Part shown: positions 48,988 to 64,000 of the stretch, piece after piece
Layout: each line of letters opens with the position of its first letter
How positions within the stretch are numbered: the first letter of the stretch is position 1
Source of the DNA: the human T2T-CHM13v2.0 reference genome, Homo sapiens
Reading direction: 5' to 3' (one strand)
DNA: 64,000 nt
NCBI RefSeq assembly: GCF_009914755.1
Contig: NC_060935.1
Made by a program: the position numbers and the translations under genes
The notes under the pieces: generated by a model
What the model saw: the letters and a program-made list of their open reading frames with translations, nothing else
Told to the model about the DNA's origin: nothing
Database searches by the model: none

Positions 48988-49615
48988 TCAGCACCACACA
49001 GGAATGTGCACCAGCCAAGGGTGTGATACCAGGGAGCACGGGGTGTGCTGGTGTCTCATCTCCCCTCAGTCTTCTCCTGCCTGGGCATCAGGTGTCAGTG
49101 CTGAGGGACCCCCACAGACTCATCCAGAGGCCCGGGCCTCTGTGGACACCGGCATTCCTTCTGGAAACCCCTCACCCCCTCCCGGACCTCAGACTTTGGG
49201 GCCCAACCAGGCCCGGGAGAAAGAAACCAGCCTCTGGAGGGCAGGGCCACCTGCACGTCCCAGGCTGTGGTCAACTCACAATGGCCGGGTCCCCCACACA
49301 CACTGAGGCGGTGAGTGGAACCTGACTCACGGCCAGGCATCTGTTCCCACCGTCGGGTCCTGGGGCAGCTGTGCCTTGCAAAGGACAACTGGATGGGGAG
49401 GGAGGGTGATGACAGATCCCCCCAGCCCCAGCATCATGGGGAGAGGAGAGCACCACAAGGCCCCAGACCCAGCATCATGGGGAAAGGAGAGCACCACAAG
49501 GCCCCTGTGACCTGAGTCCCCTCCTCACGGCTCCTGGCAGGCGATGTTCTATGTAGGGGGCTGGCTGGGGGACAGGCAGCGGCCAGCATGGGCCCTGGGG
49601 CAGGACACAAACTCA

Positions 49616-50002
<387 letters not shown>

Positions 50003-50270
50003 TCAGTGGGGGTCTGTGGTGATGCTGGAAGGCTAGGGATGGCGGGCAGGGCCAGATCTTGGGTGCGGGAGCTGGGATAAGGCAGGAAGGGCCCTGTCCC
50101 CCCCGCTGTGAGACCGCCAGGCCTGTGTGCCTCTGGCTGATGTTGGAAATGTCTGCTGCCACTGCCTGTCCACCTGCAGCTGCCCACGCGCCCCTGGCGG
50201 CTCTGTCCCCTGCTGCCGGGCTACCAAAGCAGACTGCACCAGGCCAGAGGCAGTGCCAGGCCCCGCCTCA

Positions 50271-50519
<249 letters not shown>

Positions 50520-50634
50520 TTACAACCTATCAGTGGGCCCAGAAGACAGCAAGGCAAGTCACACAAGACATTTCAGAAATGAAACAAAAAGGAGGAACTG
50601 TTCCATGAAAGTTTTGTTTAAGATGCTCGCACGT

Positions 50635-50922
50635 GGCCAGGCGCGGTGGCTCACGCCTGTAATCCCAGCACTTTGGGAGGCCGAGGCAGGCAGATCACCT
50701 GAGGTCGGGAGTTCAAGACCAACCTGACCAACATGGAGAAACCCCGTCTTTACTAAAAATACAAAAGTAGCCGGGCGTGGTGGCGCATGCCCATAATCCC
50801 AGCTACTCGGGAGGCTGAGGCAGGAGGATCACTTGAGCCCAGGAGGTTGAGGCCGCATAAGCCATGAGGGAGCCACTCCAGCCTGGGTGACAGAGCAATG
50901 CCCTGTCTCTAAAAATAAAAAG
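50635..50922 (+). mobile_element. Alu
   Basis: Alu consensus. Confidence 0.9.
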
Positions 50923-51686
50923 AATTTAAAGTATCTCTCGAAGGCACTGATCAGTCACAGGAGGAAAGGCAGTGGCGTCACAGTGGAGAGGGTGGCAGAC
51001 GGCGCCTGTGACAGGACGCTCCTGGCAGGCCCCACGGCATCTCCCTGCATTCCTGCCAAAACTGTAGGACTTCAACCACAAGAAACCACCAGACAAGCCC
51101 CAACAGAGGACGTCCTGCAGGAGCCTGGCCAGACCCTCAGACCACCAAGAACCCAGAGAGACGAGGGGACAGTCACAGACGGGAGAGGGCTAAGGAGACA
51201 GAGGGCTGAGGGCCACACAATCCTGGACCAGTGAGGAAGACGAAAAGGGCAGGGCAGAAAAGCAGACCCTGCCTGGAGGTGCTGGGCCAGAGCTAGCGTC
51301 CGCAGGTACACAGGACCACCTCACCAGGGAGCCCCGTCCGGTCCTCGTAACTCCTCCGCAAACCTGACACTACTTGAAATCACCAGGTAAAAAGAGAAAA
51401 GATGCGGCCCACCCAGGCACTCGTGTCCTGCTTGTGAAGCTGCTGGGTTTGTGAGGACCTCGAGGGCCGAGGACTCCCAGCCCCCAGCTTGGCAGGGACA
51501 AGCAGCGCCCCATGGAGGCTCACGGAGGGGACCCAAGCTGTGTCCTGCCCTCGTGTCTCCAAGGGAGGGAGAGGAGCTGAGACACCGGAGCCAGAGACCC
51601 ACTGGCCAGTGGCCGCCCACCTCGGCCCGCCCACCTCAGCCCATGCTGCATGAGCCTGGAATGGGTTTTACATTCCTAAATTGTCA

Positions 51687-51998
<312 letters not shown>

Positions 51999-53949
51999 TC
52001 ACAGTTTCACAGGCCGGAGATTCTGCAAACAGGACCCACAGGGCTGATGTTTCAGGAGGAGCCGCAGCCTCTCCCTGGGCAAACACTTCCTCTTCAGCAC
52101 CCTCCCCACCTTTGTCTCTGGAGCAGACATCAGGGGTGGGGCAAGGGGCAGGGACCAGCACCCACCCCCAGAAAGGCCACCATGGGCAGCAGAGCTTGGG
52201 TAATGCAGATGCCAGCCCATCTCCTGGCTATCACCACCCAGCCTCTGTGGGCACCTCCTCCTGCCCCACAGAGGGCGGGACAGCAGCAGCCCGGGAAGCC
52301 CCTGCCTCTCATTTGCTTGGGCAAGGACAGGGTAGGGTGGGGTGGTCTGTGAGCCTGGAGGCCCCAGCAGGGGAGCAAGGGGGTCTGTGGGCTTGACCTG
52401 TGTCTCACCCTCAGGACAGGCAGACTGTGCGGGCCAGGCAGGCTGCCCACAAAGCCAGAGACCTCCCAGGATGCCAGGATCCTGGACCCGGCCACAGTGT
52501 CCGAAGCAAGACAGAGCAGGGGGGCGGCACTTGGGGTGTCAGCTTCCATGGCCCCCTTCTGGGGTTGGGGACTCTGCACCAGGCTACAGCACATCCCCTG
52601 CCCCACGGCACACTAGCCCAGAGGCTGGGCTACCAGGCAAGCTGGGTGGGTCAGCCTGGGATGGGCACAGCTGCTACACCCTGAAGCCTCCCCAGGCACA
52701 GGCCCTGAATATGGAAGGAGGTTCCTGAGGCCCTGAGAGCACAGCTCAGGTACCCGCCAGGGGCCTGGGGAAAGTGGTCAGGCAGAGACAGCCACCCCAA
52801 ACCTTGGTTGGTGGATACATTCCCTGAGCACCTGCCAAGCACTGGCCTGGGGACTACAGCAGGGCAGGAACCTGGAGAGGAGGCTTGGATGGCCAGGAAG
52901 GCTCCCTGGAAGCAGCAGCACTGATGCCACAATGCGGGGAGGGGTGGGTGGGGTGGGGAGAGGGCTCTCATCCAGAAGCCCCAGAAAGTTGGCAGGATCC
53001 ACTTGGGGAAATGATGCAACCCCAGCTGCCCTTCAGAAAGACGGCCAACAGGACCGCTTGAGAGGCTCCTGGTGCCCTGACACCCCCAGCTTCCTGAGTC
53101 TGTGTGCCTGGCACTCCTCTCCCCGGGGCTGCTTCAGAGGCGGCTGGTCCACTCTGGATGAGTGGAGGCAAGAGGCCCCTGGTACCAACTGGGAGGAAAG
53201 ACGCAAGGCTGGGCTCGGGTCCACACGCCTGGGCGCCCGGCCTGCAAGGACAGTGGCAAAGGGTGGTGACATCCCACGGCCCCACATGGAGGAACTGAAT
53301 CCAACCGACCCGAAGCACGTGAGCAAAACCGACCAGGGTGTGGTCACCCAAATTCTGACTCCAGAATCTAGTCATCAGGAGGCACTGTGGGCGGGAGGGC
53401 GGGTGGAAGGAGAGCCTCAGGGGGCTGCCCAGGGTGCACACGCTCCCCAAATCCAGCCTGACACTCCTGTGTCCTCTGCAGTCAGATGAAAGGTGGCCCC
53501 AGGGTGTCCTCCTCCTGGGAAAGCTTGGTGGGAGCTCAGGGTGGCCAGTGCTCCCGTGACCATCTGCAACTAGCGCTGCGGGAGTAGCCCCGTCCCTACC
53601 CCTCAGGCTTGGCCAGACCCTGTTGTATCCCAGAAAGGCCCTTCTGAATCTCTGTGGGTCACGGATCCCACTGAGGACCCCATGAAAATGCGGGAGTAAA
53701 CGCCCTTCTCTGTGACTGGAGAAGTCCCTGGCTCCCTACACAGCCAAAGCTAAAAGCACATTCAGGAACCCACTACCACCAGCTGGCAGCCTGCTTTGGT
53801 TGAGGCAGGGATCTGAACAGAGGCCCTAACGGTCCCTTATCCGGAGACCAGACTTTCTCAACCTTACGGAGGGAGGTCTCCGCAGCACCCAAGGCCTGGG
53901 CCCCACCCTGGGGAGCCACATGGGAGGGGCCGTCTGGAGGCCAATTCAG

Positions 53950-54450
53950 GTCCTTATGTTCCGACGTGACGGGGGCGCGGGGCCACCCTCTAGGGAGACA
54001 CGGGCCACGCTCAGGCGACGCGCAAAAGTTCCCGGTCCCTGGGACCCCCGCCCGCGCCCGCGTCGAGTCCCTCGAACCTGCTAGTTCTGGACACCCTGCT
54101 GCAGACTAAAGGGCTGGGAGGAAACCTCACAAAAACACGAAGGGGGTCTCCCCTGCCTCTCTGCCCCCGCCCGCGCCCGCTCGGCCCGGGACGCTCACCC
54201 GACGCCGCCGCCGCAGACCCAAGGCCAGAGCCGCTCCGCGTTCCTTCCGCCCAGGCGGGGGCGGGCGGAGCCTCCAGGCCGGGGCTGGCGGGGAGTCCAC
54301 CCTGGGGGCCGCGCCCGCTAGTCGTCGCCCACTCGACCCTCTGGGCTCAGCCCCCCGGGCCTCGTCCCAGCTACTACCCCAGCTTTCCCACTCCCCCCTG
54401 GGTCGGGGGTGAAGCCTGACGTCCGCATCCCGTTTCCCACTCTGGCCCCA
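53950..54450 (-). promoter_or_regulatory. RNH1: Internal CpG island, probable alternative RNH1 promoter and first exon (donor CGG|gtgagc, exon ending 54199)
   Basis: CpG-dense block with GC boxes and a good 5' splice site facing the RNH1 coding exons. Confidence 0.6.
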
Positions 54451-54596
54451 ACCAGCCTTTCCACCGTACAGCCGCCTTCCCCCAGACCATCCCTCCAGCT
54501 CTGGCAGCTCCCACCACCCTCGAGGGACCGGCCCCTGCCTCCTCCCACAAGCAGGCCGGATTCCAGGAATTGCCCAAACAATAAAATAAAGCAAAC

Positions 54597-54769
54597 CTGA
54601 GACACCCCTTTTTGCTACCAGACTGGAGAAGGTGGAACAGGTTGACGATGATTTGTTGTAGCTGAGGCGAACGGGGCGAGGCTGTGAGGACGGGTTTTGG
54701 AGCGCCGCTCGGCCGTCCTCAAAACTTTGGACACACCCTCCGTTTCTGTCAGTCAAGAGTTCTTCATGC
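54597..54769 (-). other. RNH1: RNH1 non-coding 5'UTR exon (173 nt)
   Basis: ctcag acceptor and CAG|gtttgc donor on the - strand; size agrees with my recollection of the annotated UTR exon. Confidence 0.65.
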
Positions 54770-54810
54770 CTGAGCTCGGGAAGCATGTTCAAAATCTATT
54801 TTTTTTTGTT

Positions 54811-55025
54811 TGGTCCCGCCTTTCTGGACCAAACCAATGGATATCTTAAATGTATTTCATTAATGCCTCATGTCTCTCTAAAACATGTAAAACCAAACTG
54901 CCCCAACCACCTTGGGCACATGTTCCCAGGATCCCCTGAGGGCTGTGTCACCGGCCGCGGTCACTCATATTCGATTCAGAATAAATCCCTTCAAATATTT
55001 TACATTTTAACTATTCTTATCGACA
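54811..55025 (+). mobile_element. MER4-family ERV1 LTR 3' fragment
   Basis: gtcccgcctttctggaccaaaccaatg ... ccaccttgggcacatgttc ... cagaataaatcccttcaaatattttaca ... cgaca. Confidence 0.7.
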
Positions 55026-55041
55026 GTACATTTTTTAAAAT

Positions 55042-55399
55042 AAGAATGGCCCTGAAAGATGTCCACCTCCTAATCTCCAAACCTGTGGTGTTACCTTAAG
55101 TGGCAAAAGGGACTTTGCAAATATTAAGAATATTGAGATGTGAAGGCTACCCTGGGGTGTCTGGGCGGCCGGCATATAATCATGAGAGTTCTTATGCAGA
55201 GACAGTAGGTTTTGAAGATGGAAGAAGGTGGCCTCTAGAAGTTGGAAGAGGAAAAGAAGCAGATTCTCCTTGGGAAACTCCAGAAGGAACTACCCTTGCC
55301 AACACCTTGATTTTAACCTCCTAAAACTCACTTCGGGCTTCTGAGCTCCAGGCCTATAAAACAGCCTGTGACAAATTCGTTATAGCAGGGATGAGAAAA

Positions 55400-55400
<1 letters not shown>
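55042..55400 (+). mobile_element. MLT1-type MaLR LTR
   Basis: aaagatgtccac.tcctaatc, tggcaaaagggactttgca, tctagaag.tgga, gccaacaccttgatttta. Confidence 0.75.
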
Positions 55401-55929
<529 letters not shown>

Positions 55930-56149
55930 TAACGGCAACATCGTGTGCAGTCTCCGGCTTGCATTCGGTTTAGTCAGCCAATCGCTAAGACGACACTTGA
56001 GATCGTTTTCAGATCTTTAGGCTTTCCACCATCCTAGAAGGGGGCCTGCCTGGTTCTAAGGCCCTTCTGAAACACTGCCAAACTGTCCTCGGGAAACGGT
56101 GCAGAAGTCCTCTGGTTTCCCCCAAGGCGCGTGGGCACCTTGGCTGGAA

Positions 56150-57760
56150 CCTCGCCCAGTAACACGACGTGCCTGGGGCCCCTTCGTCATTTCCGCCAAC
56201 CCCGGTGACAACCCTTACACCGGCCCCTAAGTGCCATTCCAGTTATGTTGCTCTCCTCCCCGCAGCCCCAGGCGGCAGCTTCGCGGCCCGGCGTCCGGTC
56301 CCCCGGTGGTCCCGGAGCGAAGCTCCGCAATGGAGAGCGGAGGACCCTCCCTCCCCGACCTCGCACGACTAAGACCGCCCACCTTTCCCCCAACGCCCGG
56401 CTGTGGGAGCCGTTCGAGTCTTCTCCGCCAGGGCGCTCCTTCCCGGGAGGCCGCTTCTTTGGGGGAATAAGGTCAAGGATTACGGGATTTGGGGAAGCAA
56501 GCTCGGCTGGGCCAGGATTGCTTGCGTAGCTCGCTGGAATCTAAGGCACTAGAGGGCTTGACGGCCACGTGAGGACGAACCACGCAGGCGCAGCCCCGCC
56601 CCCCGGGCAAGGACTTCCGGCAAGCCCCAAAGGGGAGCGTGCACCGCGATGACGTCCTCAAGGCGCGCCACGTCCGCCCGGCGGCGCAGCTGCCCAGCGC
56701 AACCTCGGCCCCGCCTCGATAGCCCCGGACCCCTGCCCCGCCCGACCCCGCCCCGCCACGGGAGCGCGCCACTCGCCCGCGCAGCAACGGCCTCAATAGC
56801 GCCAGGCCCGCGTCTACAAGAAGCCCGACCAAGGCCGGCGTGGGCGAGGCCTGGCTAGACGCTGACGCACCGCTGGAGCTACTGACCTCGGGACGACTGG
56901 CGGACGGTCGCGGGCCTGGAGACCCAGAGCGAGACGGCCTACTTCGTTCTCGAGCCAGCAGAACGGGTTGAACGTGTCGACAACCCCACCCGCCAGTCAG
57001 CGGCGCGGGCGTGTTCGAGCCGGCTCGTGGGCGTGGTCAGGTGCGTGGGCGGGGACTACTGGGCGGGGCTCGGCGCGGGGGCGGGGCCTGGCGGGAGTAG
57101 TCTCGGGGTCGGGGCGGGGCCCGGCGGGCGGGGCTCGGCTAAGCACAGTCTTGGCGCAGCGGCGGGGCCTGGTGGGGCGTGGCTCGGTGAGGGAGGTCTC
57201 GCTTGGGGGCGTGGTCTCCCCAGTAGGCGGGGCTTGGTGCCGGGGGCGGGGTCTGGCGGGCGCGGGCGCGTGTGCGTGTTGTGGGCCTCGCACTGGCACG
57301 CAAGTCTCAGCAATTCCTGAGAATCCTCGGAGGAAGAGGCCGGGGCCCGGTGCGGCAGCGCCTTGGGGGCGGAATCGCAGGCGCGGGTCGGGCCTTGCTG
57401 GGGCGCGGGGCGCGGCCCCCGGAGAAAGCGGCCGCCTCGGGACAGGAGGGACCCGGGAGAAACCCCCCTGGGGCGGCTCCGCATGTCGGGGTCGCGACTC
57501 TAGGCGACCTTGGTAGAGGGGCTCGTTTGCGCCGAGCTCGCGACCCCCGAGGGAGCCACGGCCCCGTGAACCACGCTGCCCGTCCTGGCCACTGGCTGCC
57601 GCCTTTGTTTCGTGGGACCCCAGCCCGCAAGGCCTGCGGAGCCGCGGCCTCGTCCCGAGTGTTCTGAGCGCGGTCCGAGCTGCTCCTGCGTCCACTCTGC
57701 TGCCGACACCCGAGCGTCGCCTGGAGCCCTGGCACTGAGGGGCGCAGGCCGAGTTCCAGA
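56150..57760. promoter_or_regulatory. RNH1: RNH1 main promoter CpG island (TATA-less)
   Basis: CpG-dense; many GGGCGG boxes at 57040-57270; CACGTG 56566-56571; ETS-like ACTTCCGG 56613-56620; TGACGTC 56650-56656. Confidence 0.85.
56887..57015 (-). other. RNH1: RNH1 non-coding first exon (5' end approximate)
   Basis: GAG|gtcagt donor at 56886-56881, immediately downstream of a GC-box cluster. Confidence 0.6.
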
Positions 57761-57918
57761 CCAGCCTGGGAAACGCAAAGCGACCCCACCTCCACAAAAG
57801 TGGGTTTTCTTTAAGTTTTTGACTAGTCCGCAATTCACAGAATTGACATTTTGGCAGATGAAGATTGCAAGTAAGGAAACTAACGGTATCTCAGATTTGT
57901 TCTTTAGCAATTTGCTAA

Positions 57919-58892
<974 letters not shown>

Positions 58893-59308
58893 TCAGGGCT
58901 GGAAGGCAGCCAACCTGGCTGTGACCCTCATCCTGCACACGTGAGCTTGGTGACCAGTAGCTGATTCTTTAACTCTCTAAGCTTTGGAGTCTGGATGTGA
59001 GGTTTAGAATTCATGACAAGAAGCTGGAAGGATGCCGCCAGTCTGACTCCTGGACTGGTTCTCTTGACATCTTTGCAAAAGCTGCTGAAATGTTCTGGTT
59101 TCATTTCATTCTTTTCTTTGCCATGATCTCTTAGATTTGTTCGTGGCAATTCTCATAAGAGTGAAGAAAATGTTTAAAATGGCTGTTGGGCTCCCTTTTG
59201 TGACACCTTGTGGGGAAGGTGCCCAGGTATGTATAGGTGCTGAGCGCACGGCCAGCATGGTGTCTGTGGCCGGGCCTCCCTCCTGGACAGTGCGGCCACA
59301 GCCCCTGA

Positions 59309-59608
<300 letters not shown>

Positions 59609-60093
59609 TTCATTTTTATTTTTGAACTTACCTGCCTCACCTCGTTATGTCTTTATCTTATTTTTAAACTTACTCAGTTCACCCACTGTGGAATTGGGAG
59701 TATATGGAAGTATTCCCACCCCCAGTTTTATATACCGCCCCAGAGCTGACCATTCTCGCTCATTTCCCCTGGGTCCTGGCCGACTCGAGTGTGCCTTTCC
59801 TTCCGATCCTGCTCCACACAGATCTGAGGGATGCTGCCCTTTCCTTCTCCACCTGCCCCTCCCTCACATCCAGCCCCACCAGCCTACACGTTAGCTTAAA
59901 TAGGGAGCTTTTACATTCCCCATGAAAGGGAATCCAGGGACAGGCTGAGGCAAGAGACCCCCAGTGTTCATGAGATGCCATCTAGAGAAAACACCGTGGT
60001 GCTGAAGGCCTAAGTCAGACCCCGGGGAGAGAGGCACCAGGGTGACTTTGGGTGGAGAGTCCTGTGCCTGTTCTACTTCTATAAATATACTCA

Positions 60094-61256
<1,163 letters not shown>

Positions 61257-61715
61257 CTAAGGTTTGAAATGTAGCGTATCCTCTGATTCACGGGCTAAGC
61301 TCTGCCACTTAGCAGGAGGAGCTCATGATAGAGCAGGTTGAGGGGAAAACTTTGCCCCATAAGGGTTCTTCACTGCAAGTGAGAAGGTCTTGGCTTTGAG
61401 CCTCCAATTTCAATCAGACAGAAAGCAGACCAGTCGGCAGGACAGTATATGCCTCTGGAGATCCGTGCTGATGTGGGGGCCGCAGATACAAGATGCCTCA
61501 GGGCCCAGGCGTGACCCTCTCCTTCCCTCCTGCACGGAGATGCTGTGAGAATTAGACACTCCCACAGGGCCCTGTCAGACACTGAGCTAGCCTCTGGGAA
61601 CCGGAAGATATTCAAAACACCAGCCACCCCCCACACACACAGACAAGGCGCTGGAGGGACAGCTGTGCAGCGGCAGAGCATGAGAGGTCTTGATCAGTTA
61701 ACTCAGTGAGGTTAG

Positions 61716-62305
<590 letters not shown>

Positions 62306-62579
62306 AAGGAGGTAACTTGATCCATACGTTTGCGTTTACATGGTGCGAGGAAAGGGCACCCTTGGTAGATGGAACAGCGTGTACAAAGGCCCGGAGGTTT
62401 AAAATCACCACTCTTCTAGCCCTCATACTAACTTTGCCTATTTTGAACTTTATATAAATGGAATTATATTGCATGTTCTCTTTTGTATCTGACTTCCTTT
62501 TCTCAATACTATATGAGTGGTATCCATGCCATTTAAAGTAATGGTGGATTAACTCAATGCTACGTCGCCTTCTAGTTGA

Positions 62580-63750
<1,171 letters not shown>

Positions 63751-63779
63751 TCTTAGTTTTTTGTTTGTTTGTTTTTTAA

Positions 63780-63947
<168 letters not shown>

Positions 63948-64000
63948 TAGTAGAGACGGGGTTTCACCATGTTGGCCAGGCTGGTCTCGAACTCCTGGCC

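Noticed and set aside
56544-56560. Possible CTCF site gcactagagggc
   Set aside because: Only a partial consensus match; not supportable without ChIP data.

Overview
Alu-rich, GC-rich primate genomic DNA. The proteins match human as I recall them, and this is the PTDSS2-RNH1 locus (11p15.5 in human). On the + strand the window starts in the CpG-rich start of PTDSS2 intron 1 and contains coding exons 2-12 of phosphatidylserine synthase 2 (stop at 40396, AATAAA at 41190). On the - strand it contains the complete RNH1 (ribonuclease/angiogenin inhibitor) gene, converging on PTDSS2 with poly(A) signals about 3 kb apart. RNH1 has two 5' non-coding exons, an ATG exon, seven 171-nt LRR exons, a terminal exon and a CpG-island promoter near 56-57.7 kb. 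The rest is Alu, L1, LTR and Tigger remnants plus an unusually dense set of minisatellites, many apparently born inside old transposon copies. The most notable observation is that this RNH1 allele encodes MSLDIQCEE (456 aa) rather than the [14 protein letters not shown] (461 aa) I recall for the human reference. Also notable are a snaR/ASR-like Alu-derived monomer, a four-layer transposon nest, and VNTRs abutting splice signals. I found no credible novel protein-coding gene or multi-gene system; most long ORFs in the track are repeat artefacts. Repeat subfamily calls are from memory of consensus sequences and their boundaries are approximate.
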